A stretch of 64,000 bases of DNA from Deltaproteobacteria bacterium (GTDB lineage: Bacteria > Desulfobacterota > GWC2-55-46). The DNA lies in the NCBI GenBank assembly GCA_016234935.1, contig JACRNL010000001.1:200679-264678 (forward strand), in the 5' to 3' direction. Below the pieces are notes generated by a model, which saw nothing but the letters and a program-made list of their open reading frames with translations, ran no database searches and was not told the origin of the DNA. The number at the start of each line of letters is the position of its first letter. The stretch's first letter is position 1. The position numbers and the translations under genes are program-made. Positions 10,142-20,104 of this stretch are shown here, piece after piece.

Positions 10142-11062
10142 TCATTCGACGAGAATATACTTGGCCGGGTTTACTTCAACTCCGTTCATTGCGACCGAAT
10201 AATGAAGGTGCGGGCCGGTGGAGCGGCCGGTGGAGCCGACCGCGGCTATCTTCTGGCCCCTTTTGACCTTCTGCCCTACCCGGACGTTTAACTCGGACAG
10301 ATGCCCGTAACTGGTCTCCATGCCGTAGCCGTGCCGCAAGACCACCGCCTTGCCGAGGTTTGACTCCCACGACGCCTTTACGACGATGCCGTCCGCCGTG
10401 GCAAAAACCGGCGTGCCCACGCGGTTGGCTATGTCCAGCCCCTTGTGCATCTGGGCCATTCCGGTGTAAGGAGACGTCCTTATGCCGAATGTGGATGTGA
10501 CCCACCCCTTCACCGGCCATATGGACGGAGTGGCCGCAAAGAACGACGACCGGCTCATGAGGTGTTCCTGTATCTCGACGAAACTTTTTTCCTGGGAGAT
10601 GGCCTTTTTCTCAAGCTGGCTTATCTCCGAGTGCATGTCTTTCAGCAGATCGTCTACCTTCGCCTTCGGGGTAGAGAGGTAGTCATCCACGTCCTTCGAG
10701 GAGTCTCCGCCAAGGCCCTTGAGTTCATCCCTGTCCGAACCCTTCGGCTTTTCGATGTTGGCGACGATGCGCAGTTTCTTGTCGAACATGCTCAGCTTCT
10801 GATACTGCTCCTCGATGCCCCGTATCTTGCCGGCGAAGTTCTGCAGCTCCAGCTTCTGGGCGATGTTTTCCCGCCTGAGCCTGCTGAGTTCCAGCGCGTT
10901 CCCCTTGAGCTTTACATAATCATATACGACAAAGGCAAGAATAAGGGAAACAGCCGCGGCTGCGGCGCAAATGCCCTTGATGAACTTTACAGGCACCTTG
11001 ATCTGCCTTGTTCTGGAAGCGTCGTTAGTCAAAACAAAGAATGTCAGACATTTTTTTTTCAA
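10142..11062 (-). CDS. M23 family metallopeptidase with N-terminal TM and coiled coil (EnvC-like)
   Basis: C-terminal LytM/M23 domain (HKGLDIA, GQKIAAVGSTGRSTGPHLHY). N-terminal TM helix and a long coiled coil. TTG start with a GAGGAGGG Shine-Dalgarno. Confidence 0.75.
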   Translation of the reverse strand: MKKKCLTFFVLTNDASRTRQIKVPVKFIKGICAAAAAVSLILAFVVYDYVKLKGNALELSRLRRENIAQKLELQNFAGKIRGIEEQYQKLSMFDKKLRIVANIEKPKGSDRDELKGLGGDSSKDVDDYLSTPKAKVDDLLKDMHSEISQLEKKAISQEKSFVEIQEHLMSRSSFFAATPSIWPVKGWVTSTFGIRTSPYTGMAQMHKGLDIANRVGTPVFATADGIVVKASWESNLGKAVVLRHGYGMETSYGHLSELNVRVGQKVKRGQKIAAVGSTGRSTGPHLHYSVAMNGVEVNPAKYILVE

Positions 11063-11075
11063 TGACGCCCTCCTC

Positions 11076-11089
11076 TTGATTTAGATCAG
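11076..11089. promoter_or_regulatory. Candidate Crp/Fnr-type operator (TTGAT-N4-ATCAg)
   Basis: Palindrome TTGATTTAGATCAG lies immediately upstream of the Shine-Dalgarno of the M23 gene, just downstream of the crp/fnr-family gene. Confidence 0.3.
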
Positions 11090-11413
11090 GGATTCCAAGC
11101 CTGTTTATGAAAATCTTTTACATTTTAAAGGGGTCAAGCCCCAATCCGGTAAAAGACAGCGGGAGACTCTTATACTTTTTGTTGCTTAGATTGATTAACA
11201 TACCGTTTACCAAATGTCAAGCCATTATCCGCGGTAAAATCAAACAGGGCGTTCTACGCATGGCCCGCATTCTACGACAATCCCCTTAATCCATCAGTGA
11301 CAAAAATCACCATCCCCCGCTTCAGCCTGCCCTTTGAAAGGGTTCAACCCTTTGAAAGGGTTCAACCCTCGAATGTTTCTATCGGGGGACACGCGAGGAC
11401 AGGAAAAACGGCG

Positions 11414-12100
11414 CTACGGGTGCATATACAGGACGACCCTGTCCTTTTCCATTTTAATATAGCCCTCTTCGGCCATCTTCTTCAATGCCCGGCTGACGAC
11501 CTCCCTTGAAGAGCCTATCATGGCGGCCAGCTCTTCGTGCGTCGGCCTTTCCACGTATATGATCTTTTCCTTTGCAGCGTCCCCGTGCTTTGACATTCCG
11601 ATAAGCGTGTGCGCTATCCTTCCGCACACGTCTAAAAGCGCAAGTCCGCCTATCTTCCTCGTGGCCTCGCGAAGCCTGCCCGTGAAGTACGCAAGGAGCG
11701 TGGTATAGACCCTGTGGTGCCTGCTTAGATATCCCAAAAACCCCTCCTTGCTTACTACAAAGCACTCGATGTCCGTTATGGCCTCGACGTTCGCCGAGCG
11801 GGGCTTGTTGTCAAGGATGGACATCTCGCCGAACATGTCGCCCTCCGTCAGTATCGCGACGACGATCTCCCTGCCCTCCTCGCCGTAAAGGTTTACGTTT
11901 ACCTTGCCGGAGAGGATGAAGTAGACGGCGTCGCCCATGTCTCCCTCGGTGACTATCTGCGTGCGCGCCGGCCAGCCCTTGACTTCGCCGATTGCGATGA
12001 AGTCCTTTATATAGAAGTCCTCAAGCCCCTTGAAGAGCGGATTCCTTGATAGGACCTCTTTAATGTCAACAGGATCTTTTTTAACGGTCTTGTCGATCAT
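11414..12100 (-). CDS. Crp/Fnr family transcriptional regulator
   Basis: cNMP-binding beta-roll (GDMGDAVYFILSGKV) plus a C-terminal HTH (EELAAMIGSSREVVSRALKKM). It overlaps the downstream tldD/pmbA gene by 4 bp. Confidence 0.85.
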   Translation of the reverse strand: MIDKTVKKDPVDIKEVLSRNPLFKGLEDFYIKDFIAIGEVKGWPARTQIVTEGDMGDAVYFILSGKVNVNLYGEEGREIVVAILTEGDMFGEMSILDNKPRSANVEAITDIECFVVSKEGFLGYLSRHHRVYTTLLAYFTGRLREATRKIGGLALLDVCGRIAHTLIGMSKHGDAAKEKIIYVERPTHEELAAMIGSSREVVSRALKKMAEEGYIKMEKDRVVLYMHP

Positions 12101-13500
12101 GCCCCGCTTGCCTCCAGTTCGCCTACGAGTATGCTCGGCGCGCCTATTGAACCTATAAAGCGCATATCCGCGCCCGCCTGACCGACCTTTGAAAAAAGAT
12201 CAAGCAAATTGCCTGAGATGGCCAGACCACGGACCGGATAACTCACTTTTCCGCCCTCCACCCAGAGCCCCGTTGCCCCAAGGGAAAACTCTCCGCTTAC
12301 GGTGTTGATGGTATGAACGCCCAGGACGTCCGTGATGAACAGCCCCCTGTCAAGCTCCTTTAAGAGGGCGCTAAGCGGCTTTTTTCCCTTTTCAATGTAG
12401 ACGTTCGATGTGCCGGGCACAGGCGTGCCTTTAAAGCCCGACCTTGCGCTGCTGCCCGTGGATCTGACGCCGTCCTTTAAGGCCCAGTAGGTGTCGTACA
12501 GGAAATTTTCAGCCACGCCGCTGACGATTAGCGGCGTTTTCTGGCGCGGCGCGCCCTCGCCGTCGTAAACCGACGAGGCCCATCCGCCTTTAAGCGTGCC
12601 GTCGTCATACAGGTTTATCGCCTTTGAGACAACGGCCTTGCCGAGCTTTCCGGCGAGCATGGACTTCCCCTTATGCACGTTATCGGCCAGAAATGAACTC
12701 ACGAGCGGCTCAAGCAGCTCGCAGACCACGGTATTTTCGATAACGGACGGGCATTTGACGGTCTTCATCGTCCGCGCGCCGAGCATGCGCAGGGCATTGT
12801 CCGCCGCGCCCTTGCCGACGCTGACGGGATCTACCGCCCTTCTTTTATGGCCCATGCCGACTTCCCAGCCCATCTGGGAATCTCCGCCTTCCTCAGCCAC
12901 CGCGGTAACGCTGCCTGAAAAAAACGTGGCCAGATGCGCGGCGTCAACGCCGCTTGAGTTGACGAGGCGGCTGAAATGCGTTGACTCGCTGTAAGATGCC
13001 TTCCTCACGCGCCTTACCTTCGTTGAGGCCGACATCGCGCTCGCTTCAAGGAGAAGCGCGCACTGTATCTTCTCATCCTCGGTGGTCTTGCCAATAGACC
13101 TGTCGAAGATATCGAGCGCCTTTTCATCGCAGTTCGGCCTGCCCGGAAGGGTGAACAAAAGGAACTCATCCTTCGCGGTATGCCTGCTCGCAGCGACGGT
13201 ATTTTCAACGAGGTCTTTAAGCGCGTCATTGGAAAGCACGCTTGAAAAGCCAAAGCCCTGCGACCCGTTCGATATAACGCGCAGCCCAATGCCCTCGCTT
13301 GACCTTGCCTTCACGGAGTCTATCTCGCCCTTTTGCGCCTCAACGCCAAAGCCCGTGTCGCGGGAGTAGAATATCTCGTAGGAGGCAACGCCGTTTTTCT
13401 TCAGAATGCCGACAAGGGAACCTATCACCGCCTCATGTGCCTCTGACCCGGCCTTGGCGTGCCTCGCGGCCTTGCCCGCACCTTTCAATTTTACCTTCAC
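12097..13500 (-). CDS. TldD/PmbA family metalloprotease
   Basis: Length and sequence consistent with the PF01523 TldD/PmbA domain. Translationally coupled to the crp/fnr gene. Confidence 0.75.
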   Translation of the reverse strand: MKVKLKGAGKAARHAKAGSEAHEAVIGSLVGILKKNGVASYEIFYSRDTGFGVEAQKGEIDSVKARSSEGIGLRVISNGSQGFGFSSVLSNDALKDLVENTVAASRHTAKDEFLLFTLPGRPNCDEKALDIFDRSIGKTTEDEKIQCALLLEASAMSASTKVRRVRKASYSESTHFSRLVNSSGVDAAHLATFFSGSVTAVAEEGGDSQMGWEVGMGHKRRAVDPVSVGKGAADNALRMLGARTMKTVKCPSVIENTVVCELLEPLVSSFLADNVHKGKSMLAGKLGKAVVSKAINLYDDGTLKGGWASSVYDGEGAPRQKTPLIVSGVAENFLYDTYWALKDGVRSTGSSARSGFKGTPVPGTSNVYIEKGKKPLSALLKELDRGLFITDVLGVHTINTVSGEFSLGATGLWVEGGKVSYPVRGLAISGNLLDLFSKVGQAGADMRFIGSIGAPSILVGELEASGA

Positions 13501-13593
13501 GATTACCTTTTTTATTCAAGCTGTTGATTGTTCTTTTTATAAAAAAACGCGACAGCCTTTGCCGGGCAGTCAGGAGGAAATTGCCGGCGGCCG

Positions 13594-14046
13594 TCACTTC
13601 ACCTCTATCATCACCGCGGTCTCGTCGCAGCTCGGGAACCTGTCGCACTTGATGCAGTCGCCCCATATCTTCTGCGGCAGGGTGATTTTATCCACGACAT
13701 GGAAGTTCTGCCTCGCGAAAAAACCGGTCTTGTACGTGAGCGCGAAGACCCTTTTTATCCCAAGCGCCTTTGCCTCGGCAAGGCACGCCTCGACGAGCCT
13801 TCTGCCCACGCCCCTTTTGGTGAATTCGTCGCGCACGGCAAGAGACCGTATCTCGCCGAGGTCCGGCCCGCAGATGTGCAGCGCAGAAGTCCCGCAGATG
13901 AAGCCGTCCTCCTCGAACACGAAAAAGTCCCTTAGGCTGCCTTCTATCTCCGTTACCGGACGGGCGAGCATTGTTCCCTTTTTAGCAAAGACGTCTATTA
14001 CTTCAAAAATCTGCTTAACGTCGTTTAGCGTGGCCTTTCTTACCAA
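13594..14046 (-). CDS. GNAT acetyltransferase, short-form N-acetylglutamate synthase (S-NAGS/ArgA)-like
   Basis: LHICGPDLGEIRSLAV and RVFALTYKTGFFARQNF closely resemble mycobacterial short ArgA (LHVLWSDLGEIRTVAV, RVFVLTFETEFFARHGF). Extra C-terminal CIKCDRFPSC motif. Confidence 0.65.
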   Translation of the reverse strand: MVRKATLNDVKQIFEVIDVFAKKGTMLARPVTEIEGSLRDFFVFEEDGFICGTSALHICGPDLGEIRSLAVRDEFTKRGVGRRLVEACLAEAKALGIKRVFALTYKTGFFARQNFHVVDKITLPQKIWGDCIKCDRFPSCDETAVMIEVK

Positions 14047-14131
14047 CTCTCCTCCGTGGACAGAATCTTATATCATCCGGCTTTACAAGGGGCGGCAACA
14101 ATTGAAAGAAGCCCCCGCCCGCTCCCGCGCT

Positions 14132-15913
14132 TTAATCATGCGGCTGTGTCTTGGGCGCGGCGCCCGCCTGGGGCTCGGCCCCTTTAAGGGGCGGCTCCTT
14201 CTTTTTCGAGAGCTTCTCCGCCATTTCCATAAGCTCGCTTGCGTGGCTTCTGGTGACGTCAGTTACCAACGCGCCGCCGAGCATCCTGGATATCTGTTCT
14301 ATGTTTTCCTTGCCCTTCAATTCCTTTATCATGACTACGGTATTATTGCCTTTCGTCTGTTTTGTGACCGCGAAATGTTTATCCGCAAAGGCCGCTATCT
14401 GAGGCAGGTGCGTTATGCATATGACCTGATGCGCCCTTGAGACCTCTTTGAGCTTTAGCCCGACGGCCTGCGCGGTGGCCCCGCTCACACCCGCGTCTAT
14501 CTCGTCAAAAACTACGGTTGAAACCCTGCCGGAGAGCGTGGCCCTTTTCATGGACAGCATTATCCTTGAAAGCTCTCCTCCGGAGGCGATGCGGGCGAGG
14601 GGCCTGGCCGCCTCTCCCGGATTCGTAGACAGGAGAAAGCTCACCCTGTCCGCGCCTTTTTCACCGAAACGCAGGCTCCCGTTCGGGTTCATTTCAGTGT
14701 CGACCTTCACGTCAAAGATCGTGCCCTTCATGCCCAGACCCTTCAATTCGTCCTCTATTTTCCCCTTGAGCCGCCCGGCGGCCTCATGGCGCGCTTTCGA
14801 GAGTTTTTCCGCGGCGGCCTCGGCCTTGTCCCTTTCGGCCTTCAGGGCCTTTTCAAGCTCCTTGCGGCGGTCATCGAAGTTCGTCAGGCCGTTTAATTCG
14901 TCGTCAAAGGCCTTTTTTCTGGCGAGTATTTCGTCTATGGAAGTGCCGTATTTCTTCTTGAGCTTGTTTATCTCGTCAAGCCGCGCGCCTGTCTGCTCAA
15001 GCTCGTCGGGGTCGAATTCAATGGTCTTTGAATAATCCCTCAGATACGCGCCGGTATCCTCTATCTGGTATGTGCCCGCCTCGATGACCTCAACGGCCTT
15101 TTTCAATTTATCGTCGTAGGCCGCCACGTCGCGGAGCGATTTTATGACGGAGCCGAGCCTTTCCATTACGGAGCCGGAATCGGAGTATATGATATTTTCC
15201 GCGTTGACAGCCGCGGCCTTTATCCTCTCGGCGTTCCGGAGCATATCTTTACGCTTCAGGAATGCCTCTTCCATGCCGGGCCTGAGCCCCGCGTCGCCTA
15301 TTTCCTTTGACTGAAAGGCCAGCATGTCCTTCCTGCCCGCCGCGTCCTTTGAATCGCGCAGCAGGTCGTCAAGCTCCTTTTTAATAAAATAATAGCCTGC
15401 ATACGCGTCGTGCATCCGGGCGCGCATATCAAAAAAACCGCCGAATGCGTCAAGGGCCTCTATGTGCTCCTCAGGCCTTGTGAGGGACTGGTGCTCGCTC
15501 TGGCCGCATATGTCTATAAGACGCATGCCCACCTCCGTAAGCGTGACCAGGGTGGCAAGGCTTCCGTTGATGTAAATCCTGTTCCTTCCGGCCTTTTGAA
15601 TGACCCTTTTTATAATGAGGCTGTCTGAATGCGGTATGCCTGCTTCCCTTAGAACGTGCTCTACGCCTCCGGCATCCGGGACGGCCCTGCCCGCGCAGCT
15701 TGAAACATCAAAGAGCGCCTCCACCTCGGCCTCCTCAGCCGAAGTCCTTACGATGTCGTTCGATGCCCTGTCGCCCAAAATCAGCGCGACGGCGTCTATT
15801 ATTATGCTCTTACCCGCGCCGGTCTCTCCGGTGAAGATGTTAAAGCCGGCGCCGAATCTGACGGTAAGGTTGTCTATGATGGCGAAATTTTTAATATGGA
15901 GCTCTGTCAGCAT
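14132..15913 (-). CDS. recN: DNA repair protein RecN
   Basis: MLTELHIKNFAIIDNLTVRFGAGFNIFTGETGAGKSIIIDA Walker A, coiled-coil middle region and C-terminal signature. Start trimmed by 34 codons. The C-terminal tail includes a repeat-derived KGAEPQAG. Confidence 0.9.
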   Translation of the reverse strand: MLTELHIKNFAIIDNLTVRFGAGFNIFTGETGAGKSIIIDAVALILGDRASNDIVRTSAEEAEVEALFDVSSCAGRAVPDAGGVEHVLREAGIPHSDSLIIKRVIQKAGRNRIYINGSLATLVTLTEVGMRLIDICGQSEHQSLTRPEEHIEALDAFGGFFDMRARMHDAYAGYYFIKKELDDLLRDSKDAAGRKDMLAFQSKEIGDAGLRPGMEEAFLKRKDMLRNAERIKAAAVNAENIIYSDSGSVMERLGSVIKSLRDVAAYDDKLKKAVEVIEAGTYQIEDTGAYLRDYSKTIEFDPDELEQTGARLDEINKLKKKYGTSIDEILARKKAFDDELNGLTNFDDRRKELEKALKAERDKAEAAAEKLSKARHEAAGRLKGKIEDELKGLGMKGTIFDVKVDTEMNPNGSLRFGEKGADRVSFLLSTNPGEAARPLARIASGGELSRIMLSMKRATLSGRVSTVVFDEIDAGVSGATAQAVGLKLKEVSRAHQVICITHLPQIAAFADKHFAVTKQTKGNNTVVMIKELKGKENIEQISRMLGGALVTDVTRSHASELMEMAEKLSKKKEPPLKGAEPQAGAAPKTQPHD

Positions 15914-15963
15914 AACCCTCGCAGGGTGGCGCGCGCTCGTTCGTGAGGCGCGTGATTCGGAGA

Positions 15964-16875
15964 TTACTTCAAATCCCTGTCCATGACGGACTTCGCGTCC
16001 GGTTTGACTTCCCACATGAGTCTTTCTCTAAGTATCTCAAAATAGCTCTTGCCTTCATACTTTACAAGATAGACGCTCGTGGACGCCCTTTTCACGGAAA
16101 CAAGGTCGCCCTCGCCGAGGGCGACGTCCACCTGGCCGTCAAGGACGAGCATCGTGCCGGACTCGGCGGCGGCAAGTTTCACATCCACGCTCATCCAGTC
16201 CGGTATGACCACGGGCCGTTTCGTAAGGTTAAACGGGCATATCGGCGCGACTATTATGGAATGAATCGTCGGGTAGAGTATCGGCCCGGCGGCAGAGAGC
16301 GAATACGCGGTTGATCCGGTCGGCGTGGCGATGATAAGGCCGTCTGCCCTGTATGTGGTGACGTATTCCTTGTTGATGCACGTCTCCATGCGGACGAGCC
16401 TGGCGCTGGTGCCCTTTACGACCGCGTCGTTCAAGACCTTATGCTCGGAAACGAGCCTGCCTTTTCTCCTTAGCTCCACGGACAGCATCATCCGCTCTTC
16501 TATTTCGCACGCGCCTTTTATGACGCGCTCAAGCAGGGGAAATACCTCGCTTACGGTAATGGCGGTGAGAAAACCCAGACCGCCCATGTTTACGCCGAGG
16601 ATGGGTATCCTTTTGCCGCGCATGAGCCGCGCGGCGTAGAGCATGGTGCCGTCGCCGCCGAGGACTACCACCACGTCCGCGTAGTCCCTGAGCCTTTCGG
16701 ACGCGACTACCTTCGCGGGCTTCACCTTGCGCGACGCCCGGCTGTCGGCGTAAACCTTCAGGCCGTGAAGCTGGGCCCATGCGGCGACGGCGCAGCCGAG
16801 GTTTATGGCCTCAAGGCTCCCTGCCTTGACTACCAGCCCCAGACTTTTTACTGCGCTTGCGGCCTTTTTTACCAT
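15964..16875 (-). CDS. nadK: NAD(+) kinase
   Basis: GGDGTML motif and NDAVV motif. Classic nadK-recN adjacency. Confidence 0.85.
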   Translation of the reverse strand: MVKKAASAVKSLGLVVKAGSLEAINLGCAVAAWAQLHGLKVYADSRASRKVKPAKVVASERLRDYADVVVVLGGDGTMLYAARLMRGKRIPILGVNMGGLGFLTAITVSEVFPLLERVIKGACEIEERMMLSVELRRKGRLVSEHKVLNDAVVKGTSARLVRMETCINKEYVTTYRADGLIIATPTGSTAYSLSAAGPILYPTIHSIIVAPICPFNLTKRPVVIPDWMSVDVKLAAAESGTMLVLDGQVDVALGEGDLVSVKRASTSVYLVKYEGKSYFEILRERLMWEVKPDAKSVMDRDLK

Positions 16876-17000
16876 TTACGCATACCTCATGCCTTTACGT
16901 TGCAACATCTCAAATCCCCCCTGCCCCCTTTTCTAAAGGGGGAGAATCAGATATTCCCCCTTTGTAAAGGGGGCTAAGGGGGATTTTGTAATGGCGTCTT

Positions 17001-18023
17001 TCACCTCTGTGGTTCTATGATCACCTTCATGGAATCTTTCGCCTCCGCGGTAAGTCTGAAACCAAGCCGTGCCTCGCCAAGTGAAAGCCTGTGGGTTATC
17101 ATGTCTGATACCTCGACCCTTTTACTTTCCATCAAGTTTAAGGCAACCTGAGTATCATATGGCGGAGAGGCGTATGAATTAACTATCGTTACGTTGTCCC
17201 TCCATAAATCAAAGACCGGCAGGGGATAGGTCTGGCCCGGCTCTTTGAGCGCGAAGAAGAGCACTGTCCCTGCCCTGTCAACGCTTTTAAGCCCCTGCGC
17301 GACCGCCCCGTCGCTCGCCGCGCACAGGATGACGACGTCCGCACCCCTGCCCAGAAAATCACGGACAGCGCAGGGGACGTCATCTGTGGCCTTTAACGTC
17401 AAATCCGCCCCGAACCTCTTTGCGGCGTCAAGCCTGAAATCGTTTATATCCGTGGCTATTATCCTGCCGGCGCCCAGCGCCCTTGCGAGCTTTATATGCA
17501 GAAGCCCTGAAAGGCCGCTTCCGATGACAAGAACGCTTTTGCCCGCCTCCACGCGCGCGGCCCTCTGTCCGCGCACGACGCACCCAAGAGGCTCCGAGAA
17601 GCTGCCCTCCTCGAAGCTGAGGCCGGCCGGCAGGATGAAAACGCCCCTGTCGGCGTTTATCGCAGGGACCCTGACGTATTCGGCAAAACCGCCTGGGAAA
17701 AAGTTCGTCGTCCTCAAGGTGTCGCACACGGAATGCTCACCCCTGAGGCAATACCTGCACGTATTGCACGGCACATGGTGCGCCGCCGTGACGCGGTCGC
17801 CGGGTGAAAACCGCGTCACACCCTTGCCGGCCTCTTCCACTATGCCGGCGACCTCGTGGCCAAGGACGAGCGGCGCCTTTTTTATGCGGTACCACTCCAT
17901 CACGTCGCTGCCGCATATGCCGCTGGCGATTATCCTTATAAGTATCTCACCGTCTGAAATCCTGGGCCTCTCGACCTCCTCCAGACGGACGTCTCTGTTG
18001 CTATAATACACTGCGGCGCGCAA
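17001..18023 (-). CDS. Zinc-dependent alcohol dehydrogenase family protein (threonine/sorbitol dehydrogenase-like MDR)
   Basis: GICGSDV...GHE catalytic zinc motif, structural zinc Cys cluster (CNTCRYCLRGEHSVC) and a GSGLSG Rossmann motif. Confidence 0.8.
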   Translation of the reverse strand: MRAAVYYSNRDVRLEEVERPRISDGEILIRIIASGICGSDVMEWYRIKKAPLVLGHEVAGIVEEAGKGVTRFSPGDRVTAAHHVPCNTCRYCLRGEHSVCDTLRTTNFFPGGFAEYVRVPAINADRGVFILPAGLSFEEGSFSEPLGCVVRGQRAARVEAGKSVLVIGSGLSGLLHIKLARALGAGRIIATDINDFRLDAAKRFGADLTLKATDDVPCAVRDFLGRGADVVILCAASDGAVAQGLKSVDRAGTVLFFALKEPGQTYPLPVFDLWRDNVTIVNSYASPPYDTQVALNLMESKRVEVSDMITHRLSLGEARLGFRLTAEAKDSMKVIIEPQR

Positions 18024-18115
18024 AAAAACCTCCTGACTGCGTCTATGAGCCGGATAACGTCAACTCCCCGCTTAAAGCCTGCGGGGACATGCTTTCTTAC
18101 CGGCGCTGATATCAA

Positions 18116-18940
18116 CTACGCTACCGCGGTCTTGTCTTTTTTATGGGCCTTTTTGCCCTCTTCCCTGGCCAGCGCGTTAAAGAGGTCCCATGCCTTGTCG
18201 GGCTTCATGTTGTTGTGGACGACCTCGCGCACTGTTCGTATCATGGACACCGGATGCTCGGACTGGAAGATGTTCCTGCCCATGTCCACACCGGCGGCCC
18301 CCCTTGAAACGGCGTTGTAGGAAAGCTCTATAGCCTCTCTTTCCGGTATCTTCTTGCCTCCGGCGATGACTATCGGCACGGGGCAGTTTTTCACCACGCT
18401 CTCAAAATCGTCGCAGTAATAGGTCTTGACGACGTGCGCTCCAAGCTCGGCGGCAATCCTGCAGGCAAGGCCGAGATAGCGCGAATCGCGCACCATGTCC
18501 TTGCCTACGGCCGTAACCGCCAGCACCGGCACGCCAAACTCCTCGGCCTCGTTCACAATGTTCGCGAGCGCAAGGAGCGTCTGCTTTTCAAGCTGCGAAC
18601 CGACGAATACTGAAAGGGCGACCCCGGCGACATTGAGCCTTAGGGAATCCTTCATTGAAACGGTCGTGCCCTCGTCGGCAAGGTTTCCGAGGATGCTTGT
18701 GCCGCCGGAGACGCGAAGCACCACCGGCACGTTCATCCGCGGGTCGACACAAGCGCGCAGAACGCCCCTCGTGAGCATCAAGGTGTCGGCATAGGGCAGG
18801 AGCGGGGCGACGGTCTTCCCCGGCTCCTCAAGGCCGGTCGTTGGCCCCAAGAAATATCCATGATCAACGGCAAGCATGACCGTCCTGCCGGTCTCCGGTC
18901 TTATGATCTTTGATAAACGGTTTCTCATTCCCCAATCCAT
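18116..18940 (-). CDS. Class I fructose-bisphosphate aldolase family protein (DhnA / AroA'-type)
   Basis: ETGRTVMLAVDHGYF N-terminal region and the DhnA-like barrel. Start trimmed to an internal Met. Confidence 0.65.
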   Translation of the reverse strand: MDWGMRNRLSKIIRPETGRTVMLAVDHGYFLGPTTGLEEPGKTVAPLLPYADTLMLTRGVLRACVDPRMNVPVVLRVSGGTSILGNLADEGTTVSMKDSLRLNVAGVALSVFVGSQLEKQTLLALANIVNEAEEFGVPVLAVTAVGKDMVRDSRYLGLACRIAAELGAHVVKTYYCDDFESVVKNCPVPIVIAGGKKIPEREAIELSYNAVSRGAAGVDMGRNIFQSEHPVSMIRTVREVVHNNMKPDKAWDLFNALAREEGKKAHKKDKTAVA

Positions 18941-19057
18941 ATATGCTGCCTCCTTATTTGTAATTAATATCCTGTAAAATGAAATTCGGCGAAAAGGCCG
19001 AGAAAACACGGGTTTATGATAGGAGGATAGCAAGCTAAACGCGATACGTCAACTATT

Positions 19058-19396
19058 TTATGAGCCATGCCTCTGAGCGTCTGCAGTAAAGGCGTCACGG
19101 CAGGAGCTTGAGCAGAAATAAACAGTCTCGCGCGCCGCGGCGAGCGAGACGGCGCTGCTTATCGGGACGTAATTCCCGCAGACCGGGTCAAGCGCTGTCT
19201 CTTCCGCGTTTTCAGGATGGTTTTTAACGGTATGCCGGGCGGAATTCGGAACCTTTTGCCCTTTGGCGGCGCCCTTCATAGCGGCTTTTTTGCCGCGGGA
19301 CACGGCAAACTTTTTCCGCAGGACGAATATCTTGACTACCAGATAGACAAGATACAGAAAGGCAAGCGCAATAAGAGTATTTATGCCCCTTTTCAT
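19058..19396 (-). CDS. YHS (TRASH-like) metal-binding domain membrane protein
   Basis: N-terminal TM helix. C-terminal DPVCGNYV...YFCSSSCRDAF YHS signature. A GGGAGG Shine-Dalgarno is present. Confidence 0.6.
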   Translation of the reverse strand: MKRGINTLIALAFLYLVYLVVKIFVLRKKFAVSRGKKAAMKGAAKGQKVPNSARHTVKNHPENAEETALDPVCGNYVPISSAVSLAAARETVYFCSSSCRDAFTADAQRHGS

Positions 19397-19568
19397 ACAA
19401 AAAAACCTCCCTGCTGAAAAGTCAGGTTGCTCAAAACATGTCCCCGCAGGCCTGCCCTCGCGTGTCTAAAGCGGGGGCTTTAAGCGGGGAAGCCCCGGCT
19501 GCCATGCGACGAAGCCTGCCCTCGCAGGCTTTAAGCGGGGGGCAACGACGTAGATGGGGCGCTTGAGG

Positions 19569-20075
19569 TCAGCCTGAGTGCGGAGTCAAGGCGTCAAGCC
19601 CGATGACCTTGTCTTTGCCTTTTACGCTCCCAAGCAGACTTCTTACATCTTTCCCAAGAACCGGGTGGATAAGATCAGGGGCTATCTCCCCGAGCGGCGC
19701 AAGGACAAAGGCCCTTTCATGCGCCGATGGGTGGGGAATAACAAGACCCCTGCCGCGGACTATCTTATCACCGTAAAACAGTATATCAATGTCAATCGGT
19801 CTCGGCCCGAAGCGGGCATTCTTGCCCCTGCCCATCTCCCTTTCGACGGACTTCAGGAGACCCAGCAACTCCGCGGGCTTAAGCGACGTTTTTATCCCGG
19901 CCGCGCAATTAATATATCTTGCGCCGGACGCGCCGCCCCAGGGGGCGGTCTCGTAAAAACGGCTTTTGCTGATTATTATTATTTCCCTGAACTCAGAGAG
20001 CCTCAAAAGAGCCCTGCGGCAGTTGCCTATCCTGCCGCCGAGGTTTGAGCCGATGGAAAGAAAGGCGCGCGTCAT
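19569..20075 (-). CDS. folK: 2-amino-4-hydroxy-6-hydroxymethyldihydropteridine pyrophosphokinase (HPPK)
   Basis: AFLSIGSNLG, ETAPWGG and IDIDIL motifs. About 168 aa. Confidence 0.85.
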   Translation of the reverse strand: MTRAFLSIGSNLGGRIGNCRRALLRLSEFREIIIISKSRFYETAPWGGASGARYINCAAGIKTSLKPAELLGLLKSVEREMGRGKNARFGPRPIDIDILFYGDKIVRGRGLVIPHPSAHERAFVLAPLGEIAPDLIHPVLGKDVRSLLGSVKGKDKVIGLDALTPHSG

Positions 20076-20104
20076 AAAATAAGAGGCCTGCTCGTCAGTT
20101 TGAC

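Noticed and set aside
9789-10142. Possible small RNA or promoter elements in the secA-M23 gap (tandem GCGCGCTCAAAA x2, GGCCTCTTCCTCAAGAGGCC hairpin)
   Set aside because: Hairpins are present, but there is no clean terminator or recognisable RNA family signature, and I cannot distinguish this from ordinary intergenic structure by eye.
13406-14440. 344-aa plus-strand ORF spanning the tldD / GNAT / recN region
   Set aside because: It overlaps three well-supported minus-strand genes. The Ser/Pro/Arg-rich composition is typical of reverse-strand GC-rich DNA.
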